From Bacteroidales bacterium (lineage in GTDB: Bacteria > Bacteroidota > Bacteroidia > Bacteroidales > F082): 64,000 nt of DNA. Shown here piece after piece: positions 55,014 to 63,357 of the stretch (position 1 is its first letter; the number at the start of each line of letters is the position of its first letter). Both the position numbers and the translations under genes were made by a program. The notes under the pieces are model-generated. The model ran no database searches. It was not told where the DNA came from and saw only the letters and a program-made list of their open reading frames with translations. The stretch lies in assembly GCA_017965765.1 (NCBI GenBank), contig JAGCPJ010000074.1:2272-66271 (forward strand), written 5' to 3'.

Positions 55014-55892
55014 ATGTCCGAAAGAAGTTCTAGCAAACGTCGGGTAGCCGGATCGTACGCCGTGTCGCTGGTGAGCATCATGCTGGTGCTCTTTCTGTTG
55101 GGTGTGTTCGCCATCCTGATGATGCACGCCCGCAAGCTCTCCAACCACATCAAGGAGAACATCGGCTTCGAGATCGTCATGAACAGCGACGTCAAAGAGG
55201 CCAATATCCTGCGTCTGCAGAAGGAGCTCGATGCCATGCCGGCCGTGAAATCCACGGAATACATCACCAAAGAGGAGGCCATCACACGGCTGAGCGAAGA
55301 CCTCGGCGAGGACTTCCTCGACTGGCTGGGCAACGAGGCCAACCCGCTGCTGCCTTCCATCGACGTGCGCTTCCATGCGGATTACGCCAACAACGACAGC
55401 CTCTCTGTGCTGGAATCGCAACTGCTCGAAAACACAGATGTGAAAGAGGTCTATTACCAGAAATCGCTGGTAGATCTCATCAACAACAATATCCGTAAGA
55501 TCGCTACCGCGTTGATGATCATCAGCCTCATCCTTCTTGTAATCGCCATCGCATTGATACGCAACACGATACGTTTGTCCATCTACTCAAAGCGCTTCAC
55601 CGTGCGCTCCATGCAGCTGGTAGGAGCCACCGAGAGCTTCATCCGTCGCCCCTTCCTCCGCTCGGGCGTGCTGCAAGGTTTCCTCGGAGGACTGCTCGCC
55701 GACCTGCTGCTGGTTGTCATGCTGTATGGCATCTCCAAACGCATCCCTGACCTGACACTCATCCAGGATATCAAGGTGCTGGGAGCGATCTTTGTAGGTA
55801 TCATCGTGCTTGGCGTGGTCCTGGCCTGGTTCTCCACAAGGTCGGCACTGAACAAATTCCTGAAAGCAGACCTGGACAAACTGTATAACTGA
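55014..55892 (+). CDS. ftsX: cell-division FtsX-like permease
   Basis: 292 aa. It has one N-terminal TM, a periplasmic domain and three C-terminal TMs in the FtsX arrangement. Confidence 0.8.
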   Translation: MSERSSSKRRVAGSYAVSLVSIMLVLFLLGVFAILMMHARKLSNHIKENIGFEIVMNSDVKEANILRLQKELDAMPAVKSTEYITKEEAITRLSEDLGEDFLDWLGNEANPLLPSIDVRFHADYANNDSLSVLESQLLENTDVKEVYYQKSLVDLINNNIRKIATALMIISLILLVIAIALIRNTIRLSIYSKRFTVRSMQLVGATESFIRRPFLRSGVLQGFLGGLLADLLLVVMLYGISKRIPDLTLIQDIKVLGAIFVGIIVLGVVLAWFSTRSALNKFLKADLDKLYN

Positions 55893-55916
55893 AAACGGAA
55901 AACGGAAAACGGAAAA
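55891..55916 (+). repeat. GGARAAC heptamer array, single arm (3.5 units)
   Basis: gaaaacgg aaaacgg aaaacgg aaaa. It overlaps the ftsX stop codon (TGA 55890-55892). Confidence 0.9.
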
Positions 55917-55929
55917 TAATAATCAGACT

Positions 55930-56193
55930 ATGGCAAAACAAAAAAATATCGCTCCCGAAGCGGTTGAAGAGAAAAAAACAATGCCCTTCACCAAGATGAA
56001 CTATATCCTGGTGCTGGCGGGTATCGCCCTCATCGCCCTCGGCATGATCCTGATGATCGGCGGCGGCTCTTCCGACCCCGATGTATTCAACGAAAAGATG
56101 TTCAACTTCCAACGACTCACCCTTTCACCCATTCTGATCCTTTTGGGTTTTGCAGTTGAGATCGTTGCCATTTTCTGGAGGAAAAAGAAATGA
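55930..56193 (+). CDS. small two-TM protein (DUF3098-like)
   Basis: 87 aa with two hydrophobic helices. It holds the conserved position between ftsX and uppP and overlaps the uppP start (ATGA). Confidence 0.6.
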   Translation: MAKQKNIAPEAVEEKKTMPFTKMNYILVLAGIALIALGMILMIGGGSSDPDVFNEKMFNFQRLTLSPILILLGFAVEIVAIFWRKKK

Positions 56194-56990
56194 GTTGGAT
56201 TCAAGCATTGATCTTGGGCATCATCCAAGGCCTTACGGAATACCTTCCCGTCAGCAGTAGTGGCCATCTGGCCATCGGACAAGCACTCTTTGGCCTTGCC
56301 GACGGCGAGTCGAACCTCACCTTCACCGTGGTCCTTCACGTGGCTACCGTGTTGAGCACCGTGGTCATCCTCTGGAGCGAGATCGTCTGGATCTTCCGAG
56401 ACCTGTTCAAATGGAAATGGAACGAAGGCACCCGCTATATCGTCAACATCCTCATCTCCATGATCCCCGTAGCCATCGTGGGCTTCTTCTTCAAGGACAA
56501 GATCGAAGCAGTTTTCGGCTCGGGACTCCTCATCGTGGGCATCATGCTGCTGGTGACGGCCGCTTTGCTGACGTTCTCCTATTTCGCCAAACCCCGACAA
56601 AAAGAGCGTATCACGGGCTTCCACGCCTTCATCATCGGTATCGCTCAGGCTTGCGCCGTCATGCCTGGCCTGTCGCGCTCGGGTTCCACCATCGCTACGG
56701 GCTTGCTGCTGGGTGACAAAAAAGAAAAACTCGCCCAGTTCTCCTTCCTGATGGTCATCCCTCCCGTACTCGGAGAGGCCTTGCTCGACGTCAAAGACAT
56801 GTTCGAAGTGGGCGTTTCCGAGGCCATGGGCGGCATCTCCCCCCTGGCGCTCATCGTCGGCTTCCTCGCCGCCTTCATCACAGGCTGCTTCGCATGCAAG
56901 TGGATGATTAACTTGGTGAAGAAAGGCAAACTCGTGTGGTTTGCCGTGTATTGCGCCCTTGTCGGTATCCTCGCCATCGTCTTTGCTTGA
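56190..56990 (+). CDS. uppP: undecaprenyl-diphosphate phosphatase
   Basis: 266 aa with [15 protein letters not shown] and [10 protein letters not shown] motifs. Confidence 0.92.
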   Translation: MSWIQALILGIIQGLTEYLPVSSSGHLAIGQALFGLADGESNLTFTVVLHVATVLSTVVILWSEIVWIFRDLFKWKWNEGTRYIVNILISMIPVAIVGFFFKDKIEAVFGSGLLIVGIMLLVTAALLTFSYFAKPRQKERITGFHAFIIGIAQACAVMPGLSRSGSTIATGLLLGDKKEKLAQFSFLMVIPPVLGEALLDVKDMFEVGVSEAMGGISPLALIVGFLAAFITGCFACKWMINLVKKGKLVWFAVYCALVGILAIVFA

Positions 56991-57724
56991 TGTTCTACGT
57001 AGAAGAAGGTACGGTGTTTCTCATCGACAAGCCCATCGACTGGACTTCGTTCGATACGGTGAACTTCATCCGTTCCCTGTTCATGCGCTTTTATGGCATC
57101 CGTAAACTCAAAGTGGGTCATGCAGGAACACTGGATCCACTGGCTACCGGACTGCTCATCCTCTGCGCAGGTCCCATGACCAAACAGATCGAAGACTTCC
57201 AAGCTCAAGTCAAGACCTATACAGGCACGATGATCCTCGGACAGACCACCCCGACCTTCGACCTGGAAAGCGACCCCGACAACTTCTATCCTACCGAAGG
57301 CATCACCGCCGAACAGATCGATCAAGCACGCCAACAGTTCATTGGCGACATCAAACAATATCCTCCCAAATACTCCGCCATCAAAATCAAAGGGAAACGC
57401 GCCTTCGACTATGCACGCTCCGACGAAGAAATAGAACTCAAGGCGCGCGACATCCATATCGACGATTTCAAAGTCAACATGGATCGCTTTCCGGAATTGG
57501 ACTTCGAAGTGACCTGCAGCAAAGGGACGTATATACGAAGCCTCGCCAACGACTTCGGAAAAGCCCTGAACAACGGCGCCTGCCTGAAAACCCTCCGTCG
57601 CACCCGTATCGGCGAATTCCATGTGGAAGATGCTTGGCAGCTCGAAGACCTCAAACAAGCCATCATTGACTCTGGAGAGGAGTATAGGGAATGGAAAAAA
57701 CAGAACGAAATAAGTAAAACTTGA
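56990..57724 (+). CDS. truB: tRNA pseudouridine(55) synthase
   Basis: Start set at [15 protein letters not shown] (in frame with the track ORF from 56936; it overlaps the uppP stop as TGATG). The catalytic block is KVGHAGTLDPLATGLL. Confidence 0.9.
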   Translation: MFYVEEGTVFLIDKPIDWTSFDTVNFIRSLFMRFYGIRKLKVGHAGTLDPLATGLLILCAGPMTKQIEDFQAQVKTYTGTMILGQTTPTFDLESDPDNFYPTEGITAEQIDQARQQFIGDIKQYPPKYSAIKIKGKRAFDYARSDEEIELKARDIHIDDFKVNMDRFPELDFEVTCSKGTYIRSLANDFGKALNNGACLKTLRRTRIGEFHVEDAWQLEDLKQAIIDSGEEYREWKKQNEISKT

Positions 57725-57743
57725 CAAAACTTGTTTCGCGTAT

Positions 57744-57751
57744 TATCTTTG
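57744..57751 (+). promoter_or_regulatory. -7 box TAnnTTTG (TATCTTTG)
   Basis: tatctttgcag lies 22 nt upstream of the ATG at 57773. Confidence 0.5.
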
Positions 57752-57772
57752 CAGCGTTAAAACCTTGTTGAG

Positions 57773-58837
57773 ATGAAATTATCACAATTCAAGTTCAATC
57801 TGCCACAAGAGCTGATTGCATCTTATCCTGCCAAAAACCGTGACGAAGCCCGCCTGATGGTGCTGAACCGCAGAGCCCAAACCATTGAGCACCGCGTGTT
57901 TAAGGACTTGGTGGATTATGTTAAGGACGGCGACGTCTTCGTGCTGAACAATACCAAGGTGTTTCCCGCCCGCCTCTATGGCGAAAAGGAAAAGACAGGC
58001 GCCAAGATCGAGGTGCTGCTGCTGCGCGAACTGAACCACGAGAGCCGCCTGTGGGACGTCCTCGTCGATCCCGCCCGTAAGATCCGTATCGGTAACAAAC
58101 TTTACTTCGGCGAAGGCGAAGAACTGGTGGCCGAAGTCATCGACAATACCACGACCCGTGGCCGTACCCTGCGCTTCCTCTTCGATGGCACCTACGAGGA
58201 ATTCAAGAAGACCATCTTCTCCCTGGGACACACCCCACTGCCCAAAGAGATCCTCGACCGTAGAGAGGACAAAAACGTGGTTCCCGAAGACGCCGAGGAC
58301 TTCCAAACCATCTATGCCAAGGTGGAAGGCGCCGTTTCCGCTCCTACCGCAGGCATGCACTTCAGCAAGATCCTCATGAAACGCCTTGAACTCATCGGAG
58401 CCTCCTTCGCAGAACTGACACTGCATCCTGGCATGGGCAACTTCCGTGATATCGAAGTGGAAGACCTGACCAAACATAAATGCGACTCGGAAGAGATGGT
58501 CGTGGATCAAACCTGCTGCGATATCGTCAACGAAGCCAACAAACGCCATAACAACGTCTTCGCCGTGGGTACCACCACCATGAAAGCCCTGGAAACTGCC
58601 CAGACCATCGAAGGGAAGATCAAGCCATTCAACGGCTGGACCAACAAGTTCATCTTCCCGCCTTATACATTTTCCGTGGCCAATTGCATGATCACCAACT
58701 TCCACCTGCCCAAGTCACCCATGATGATGGAAGTGGCTGCCTTCGCAGGCTATGACTTCCTCATGAAAGCCTACAAAGAAGCCGTCAACGAGAAATACCG
58801 CTTCTTTACTTACGGAGACGCGATGCTGATTATATGA
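57773..58837 (+). CDS. queA: S-adenosylmethionine:tRNA ribosyltransferase-isomerase
   Basis: 354 aa. The N-terminus is [26 protein letters not shown], and the blocks AGMHFS and [10 protein letters not shown] are present. Confidence 0.95.
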   Translation: MKLSQFKFNLPQELIASYPAKNRDEARLMVLNRRAQTIEHRVFKDLVDYVKDGDVFVLNNTKVFPARLYGEKEKTGAKIEVLLLRELNHESRLWDVLVDPARKIRIGNKLYFGEGEELVAEVIDNTTTRGRTLRFLFDGTYEEFKKTIFSLGHTPLPKEILDRREDKNVVPEDAEDFQTIYAKVEGAVSAPTAGMHFSKILMKRLELIGASFAELTLHPGMGNFRDIEVEDLTKHKCDSEEMVVDQTCCDIVNEANKRHNNVFAVGTTTMKALETAQTIEGKIKPFNGWTNKFIFPPYTFSVANCMITNFHLPKSPMMMEVAAFAGYDFLMKAYKEAVNEKYRFFTYGDAMLII

Positions 58838-58859
58838 TTCGGAATTCGGAATTCGGAAT
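58837..58859 (+). repeat. heptamer array ATTCGGA x3.3
   Basis: attcgga attcgga attcgga at. It starts on the last base of the queA stop codon. Confidence 0.85.
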
Positions 58860-58949
58860 ACCACACTTCAGGTCATTGCGAGGAGGAACGACGAAGCAAT
58901 CCACAATAACCCCAACAGTGAAATCATTGAATTAAAAACAACCTAAATA

Positions 58950-60473
58950 ATGAATCAAGAAGATTTTTTCAAGAAGATAACCGCTCACGCGAAAGAATAC
59001 GGTTTTATTTTCCCCTCAAGCGAGATCTATGACGGCCTCTCCGCCGTCTATGACTACGGCCAAAACGGCGTGGAGCTGAAGAAAAACATCCGCGAATACT
59101 GGTGGAAAGCCATGGTGCAGCTGCACGAGAACATCGTCGGCATCGACGCCGCCATCTTCATGCACCCCACCACCTGGAAGGCCTCCGGCCACGTCGATGC
59201 CTTCAACGACCCGCTCATCGACAACCGCGACAGCAAGAAACGTTACCGCGCCGATGTGCTCGTCGAGGACTACATGGCCAAGATCGAAGAAAAGATTAAT
59301 AAAGAGGTGGAGAAAGCCCGTAAGCGCTTCGGCGATGCCTTCAACGAGGAGCAGTTCGTGACTACCAACCCGCGCGTCCTTGAGCACAAGGCCAAAATCG
59401 AGGAGATCAGCCACCGCCTCTATGGTGCCATGGAACGTAACGACCTCGATGCCATCAAGCAACTCATCCTCGACTTGGAGATCGTCTGCCCCATCAGCGG
59501 CACCCGCAACTGGACCGACGTGCGTCAGTTCAACCTGATGTTCGCCACCAAGATGGGTAGCGTAGCCGACGGCTCCGACACGATTTACCTGCGTCCCGAG
59601 ACGGCACAGGGCATCTTCGTCAACTACCTCAACGTGCAGAAGACCGGCCGCATGAAGATCCCGTTTGGCATCGCCCAGACCGGCAAGGCCTTCCGTAACG
59701 AGATCGTGGCCCGTCAGTTCATCTTCCGTATGCGCGAGTTCGAGCAGATGGAGATGCAGTTCTTCGTCCGTCCCGGCACGGAACTCGAATGGTTCCAACA
59801 CTGGAAGCAGGAACGCCTCAACTGGCACCTCTCACTGGGTCTGCCTGCTGAGAAATACCGTTTCCACGACCACGAGAAACTGGCCCACTATGCCAACGCC
59901 GCCACCGACATCGAGTTCGACTTCCCCTTCGGCTTCAAGGAGCTGGAAGGCATCCACAGCCGCACCGACTTCGACCTCTCGGCCCATGCCAAATACTCGG
60001 GCAAGAAACTCCAATACTTCGACCCCGACACCAACGAGAGCTACACGCCTTACGTCATCGAGACCTCCATCGGCCTCGACCGCATGTTCCTCGCCATGTT
60101 CAGCAACGCCTACACCGAGGAGAAGCTGGAAGACGGCTCGGAGCGCGTGGTGCTGAAGCTGCCGGCCATCCTGGCACCTTACAAGGTCGCCGTGCTGCCG
60201 TTGGTCAAGAAAGACGGTCTGCCGGAGAAGGCCCGTGAGATCATCGACAGCCTGAAGTTCGACTTCATGTGCCAGTACGAGGAGAAAGACTCCATCGGCA
60301 AGCGCTACAGAAGACAAGATGCCATCGGCACCCCGATGTGTGTCACGGTGGATAACGACACCTTGGTGGACAACACCGTCACCGTCCGCGACCGCGACAC
60401 GATGGCTCAGGTCCGCGTCCCGATCGACAACCTGCGCAGTATGATTTTCGACGAATTGAAGCCGAAAAAGTAA
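58950..60473 (+). CDS. glyQS: glycine--tRNA ligase (dimeric class II, GlyQS type)
   Basis: 507 aa. Blocks include YGFIFPSSEIYDGLSAVYDYGQNG, RPETAQGIF, FRNEI and GLDR. Confidence 0.95.
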   Translation: MNQEDFFKKITAHAKEYGFIFPSSEIYDGLSAVYDYGQNGVELKKNIREYWWKAMVQLHENIVGIDAAIFMHPTTWKASGHVDAFNDPLIDNRDSKKRYRADVLVEDYMAKIEEKINKEVEKARKRFGDAFNEEQFVTTNPRVLEHKAKIEEISHRLYGAMERNDLDAIKQLILDLEIVCPISGTRNWTDVRQFNLMFATKMGSVADGSDTIYLRPETAQGIFVNYLNVQKTGRMKIPFGIAQTGKAFRNEIVARQFIFRMREFEQMEMQFFVRPGTELEWFQHWKQERLNWHLSLGLPAEKYRFHDHEKLAHYANAATDIEFDFPFGFKELEGIHSRTDFDLSAHAKYSGKKLQYFDPDTNESYTPYVIETSIGLDRMFLAMFSNAYTEEKLEDGSERVVLKLPAILAPYKVAVLPLVKKDGLPEKAREIIDSLKFDFMCQYEEKDSIGKRYRRQDAIGTPMCVTVDNDTLVDNTVTVRDRDTMAQVRVPIDNLRSMIFDELKPKK

Positions 60474-60500
60474 TAACAACACTTACAAATCAATCCAACT

Positions 60501-61220
60501 ATGAAAAAAGCCATCTATTTGTTGTTCTTTGTAACATCATTGATTTGCGTAGCCTGTGGAGGTTCCGCCAACAAAAACACTGCACAAAATAGCGATGAAA
60601 CCACTGCCTCACAGGTTGAAGCAACAACAACTGCCGTAGAAATCAACGAAATAGACCCTGTCGGTGTCTATGAAATAATGACCGCTCAAGAACTCGGCAA
60701 AGCCTACGATGGCGAAGACGACGAGGAAGATGAAGACGGCTACGACAGTCCACAGGACTGCTATCCCACCTCAAACATCTATGCCACAAGCCGCCTTGCC
60801 GCGCAGGGTAATGTCAACTACGACGAGAAAAACCTCTACGATGAAGACTACCAGACATCGTGGGCGGAAGGCGTCGACGGCTATGGCATTGGCGAGAAGA
60901 TCACTTTTGCTTTCAATGATGTAAACGCCGGATTCACGGGCATCGAAATCGCCAACGGTGATTACGCCAGCGAGGACTCTTGGAAGAACTATTCAAGAGT
61001 AAAGAAGATGAAACTCAGTTTCAACGGCGAGCCGATGTTTATCCTCAATCTCAAGGACGAAATGGGCAACCAAGTGTTTAGTTGGGACAAGGAACTCAAT
61101 GTAAAAGACGAAGAGTTACTCAGAGAATTCACCGTAACACTTGAAATCATGGATGTTTACAAGGGCGACCTGTACGACAACACGGTTATTTCGGAAGTGC
61201 TCCCCTCAGGTTGCTACTAA
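60501..61220 (+). CDS. lipoprotein with discoidin-like (NADase-type glycan-binding) domain
   Basis: 239 aa with lipobox LICVAC. The segment YDEKNLYDEDYQTSWAEGVDGYGIGEKITFAF resembles the glycan-binding-domain signature (from memory). Confidence 0.55.
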   Translation: MKKAIYLLFFVTSLICVACGGSANKNTAQNSDETTASQVEATTTAVEINEIDPVGVYEIMTAQELGKAYDGEDDEEDEDGYDSPQDCYPTSNIYATSRLAAQGNVNYDEKNLYDEDYQTSWAEGVDGYGIGEKITFAFNDVNAGFTGIEIANGDYASEDSWKNYSRVKKMKLSFNGEPMFILNLKDEMGNQVFSWDKELNVKDEELLREFTVTLEIMDVYKGDLYDNTVISEVLPSGCY

Positions 61221-61296
61221 AACTGAACCAAGACAGCCGTAGATCATCCCTGTAGAAACGGTGCAGCACCGTCTCTACATAGACAACACCATAGAC

Positions 61297-61340
61297 AACG
61301 GTTGGATTTCGATTTTGCAACAAATTGAAATCCAACCGTT
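61297..61340 (+). terminator. strong hairpin, candidate intrinsic terminator
   Basis: aacggttggatttc-(16 nt loop)-gaaatccaaccgtt forms a perfect 14-bp stem followed by TTTAATTTATT. It lies 77 nt downstream of the stop at 61220. Confidence 0.5.
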
Positions 61341-61420
61341 TAATTTATTGTATCTTTGCGACATGATAGACAAGCCCCCGAAAGGGCTTGACAAGTTGTT
61401 TTTCGTTTGGAGAATTGCTA

Positions 61421-61428
61421 TACTTTTG
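61421..61428 (+). promoter_or_regulatory. -7 box TAnnTTTG (TACTTTTG); a second box TATCTTTG lies at 61351-61358
   Basis: tacttttgcat lies 49 nt upstream of the ATG at 61477. Confidence 0.4.
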
Positions 61429-61476
61429 CATTGCAAACCTCAATAACGAGACAATAACAATTAAAAACCTAATACC

Positions 61477-63357
61477 ATGAAAAAGTTATTCGCAATTGCA
61501 TTAATGATGGCCTTGGCCAACATTGGTTTCTCGCAAGAATATATCCAACAACCGACAGCCATAAACACATGGACCTATGTATGGGAATACGGTGTTGAAT
61601 TTCCCTATAACAAGAACATCTCGCTTCAATATGATGAAAGAGGGAACCTGTCCTATTATTATCATGTCATCAATTACCCCGGTTCTCCCTATACCAATAC
61701 TATGTGGTTTACGCATGATGCCTTGAATCGTCTGACGTTTAAGGAAACATCTTACCAAGAATATAATCAATTCGGTACGTACAGATATTACTACACCTAC
61801 GATGAGTTGTCAAATCTTACGGAATGTCTCGTCATGAAAAGAGATAGAGAGTCCATGTATAATACCGATGAGTTCATCATCGACTCCAAAGATGTTTACC
61901 AATACGAGAACGGGAAAAAGACTCGTTTGGATCATTTTAAGGATAGTACATTGGTCCTACAGTATTACTTCCTATACGAATACTCCGACAACGACGATTG
62001 GTTTTCTGAAACAAAATACGATGCAAACGATCAGCCTCTTACAAGAACAGAATACGCTTATTCAGGCACCCATGACCCGCTTTCGAAAACCGTCTTCAAC
62101 TGGTCAGCCGAAACACAATCGTGGCTTGTTGCATCCCAAACGGAATTCTTTTACGAAGACGGCCATCTCATAGAGAAACGAATTACCGACAGTCAACAGA
62201 AAAAACAACTTTACAACTATGATGAAAACGGGAACTGCACACGAATCTTGTTCCAAACCTTGGTGGACGGTGTTTATGTTGACCAAAATAGGGCTAATTA
62301 CCTTTATGACGAGAACAATCTCTGCACCAACGCCAACGCCGAACGATGGAACGACACCACATGGGTTTTGGGTGGCTTCCCATCAGGAACTTTCCTGTTT
62401 TTTGACGAGCTCTATGCTGATGCCAATGATGCTATAGGCACCCTCAGTAATTGCACTCGCGCGGAAGTGACGGAATATATCACCACGCCCAATCCAAAAT
62501 ACCTACAGACGATGCCCAACCTCGAAGGCGAATGGTACTACGAAATCCTCAACGACGACGGCGCCATCACCTACCAACATTTGGAATATGCTGCAGACAC
62601 CACTATTGGCTCCGAACGCCCTAAAATCATCGTCCGCACAAACACCATCTATGACCGCGACAAAATCACCACCGAGGTGACACTCGAATATGTGTACGAG
62701 GAGAATGGAAAGATATACTGGTGGAACAGTGATTTGCAGGAATATACAGTGCTTTATGACCTTACCGCCGAGACAGGAGACGAATGGGAAATCAAGGTGG
62801 GGACGGAAAGCCTTACAATGCATGTGGATATGGTGGAATACTACGAACTCAACGGACTTAATATCAGGAAGCTGCGCATAAGTGACGAAAACGACCTCTT
62901 CAGCGGCGACATCTTGTGCAGTTTCGGCCACATGACCAGTTTCTTCCCCGAACGACTGATGAACCGAAGCAGCAGCTTCGAGGTTACCGGATTGCGTTGT
63001 TTCTGGATCGAAGACGCCCTGCTTTACCATAACAGCGACGAGGACTGCGATGCCATCTATAGCGAGATTCATGGTGTTGATGAAGACGTCCCTTCGACAG
63101 ACTCGGGGATCTTTGCGGTCTATCCCAATCCTGCCAAAGACGTTCTCACCATCCATCATTCCGCATTCCGAATTAACTCGTTTCACTTCGTTGAGGGCTT
63201 CGCCGTTCCGAATTCCGCATTCCACATCACCAACCTCTTGGGTCAAACCGTGATGGCTGGAACCCTGACCGACACCACCATCGACATCTCGTCATTGCCT
63301 GACGGACTCTATTTCTTCACCATAGACAACCATACCGTCAAATTGATGAAACAGTGA
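61477..63357 (+). CDS. T9SS-sorted protein with YD-repeat-like N-terminal half
   Basis: 626 aa with signal peptide MKKLFAIALMMALANIGFSQ. It has recurring YDERGNL / YDELSNL / YENGKK / YEDGHL / YDENGN units. The C-terminus VYPNPAKDVLTI...ITNLLGQTVM...LPDGLYFFTI is a T9SS CTD interrupted by ATTCCGM heptamers. Confidence 0.7.
   Translation: MKKLFAIALMMALANIGFSQEYIQQPTAINTWTYVWEYGVEFPYNKNISLQYDERGNLSYYYHVINYPGSPYTNTMWFTHDALNRLTFKETSYQEYNQFGTYRYYYTYDELSNLTECLVMKRDRESMYNTDEFIIDSKDVYQYENGKKTRLDHFKDSTLVLQYYFLYEYSDNDDWFSETKYDANDQPLTRTEYAYSGTHDPLSKTVFNWSAETQSWLVASQTEFFYEDGHLIEKRITDSQQKKQLYNYDENGNCTRILFQTLVDGVYVDQNRANYLYDENNLCTNANAERWNDTTWVLGGFPSGTFLFFDELYADANDAIGTLSNCTRAEVTEYITTPNPKYLQTMPNLEGEWYYEILNDDGAITYQHLEYAADTTIGSERPKIIVRTNTIYDRDKITTEVTLEYVYEENGKIYWWNSDLQEYTVLYDLTAETGDEWEIKVGTESLTMHVDMVEYYELNGLNIRKLRISDENDLFSGDILCSFGHMTSFFPERLMNRSSSFEVTGLRCFWIEDALLYHNSDEDCDAIYSEIHGVDEDVPSTDSGIFAVYPNPAKDVLTIHHSAFRINSFHFVEGFAVPNSAFHITNLLGQTVMAGTLTDTTIDISSLPDGLYFFTIDNHTVKLMKQ
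63157..63223 (-). repeat. two ATTCCGM heptamer arrays bracketing 30 nt, inside the T9SS CTD
   Basis: cattccg cattccg aatt ...30 nt... gttccg aattccg cattcc. These units are the reverse complement of the KCGGAAT units found after the M23 and queA stops. Confidence 0.8.

Noticed and set aside
15152-55916. Heptamer repeat loci as a CRISPR array or CRISPR remnants
   Set aside because: The units are 7 nt with no unique spacers. The loci are scattered rather than clustered, and no cas genes or leader are present.
58872-58902. gtcattgcgaggaggaacgacgaagcaatcc, which resembles a short inverted-repeat motif (cattgcgag...cgaagcaatc) that I recall seeing scattered in other bacterial genomes
   Set aside because: Only a single copy is in this window, the stem is only 5-6 bp, and I cannot verify the recollection without a search.
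61261-61446. 61-aa ORF in the structured intergenic region
   Set aside because: It spans hairpins and promoter-like boxes and has no signal or motif. It is more simply explained as non-coding regulatory DNA.
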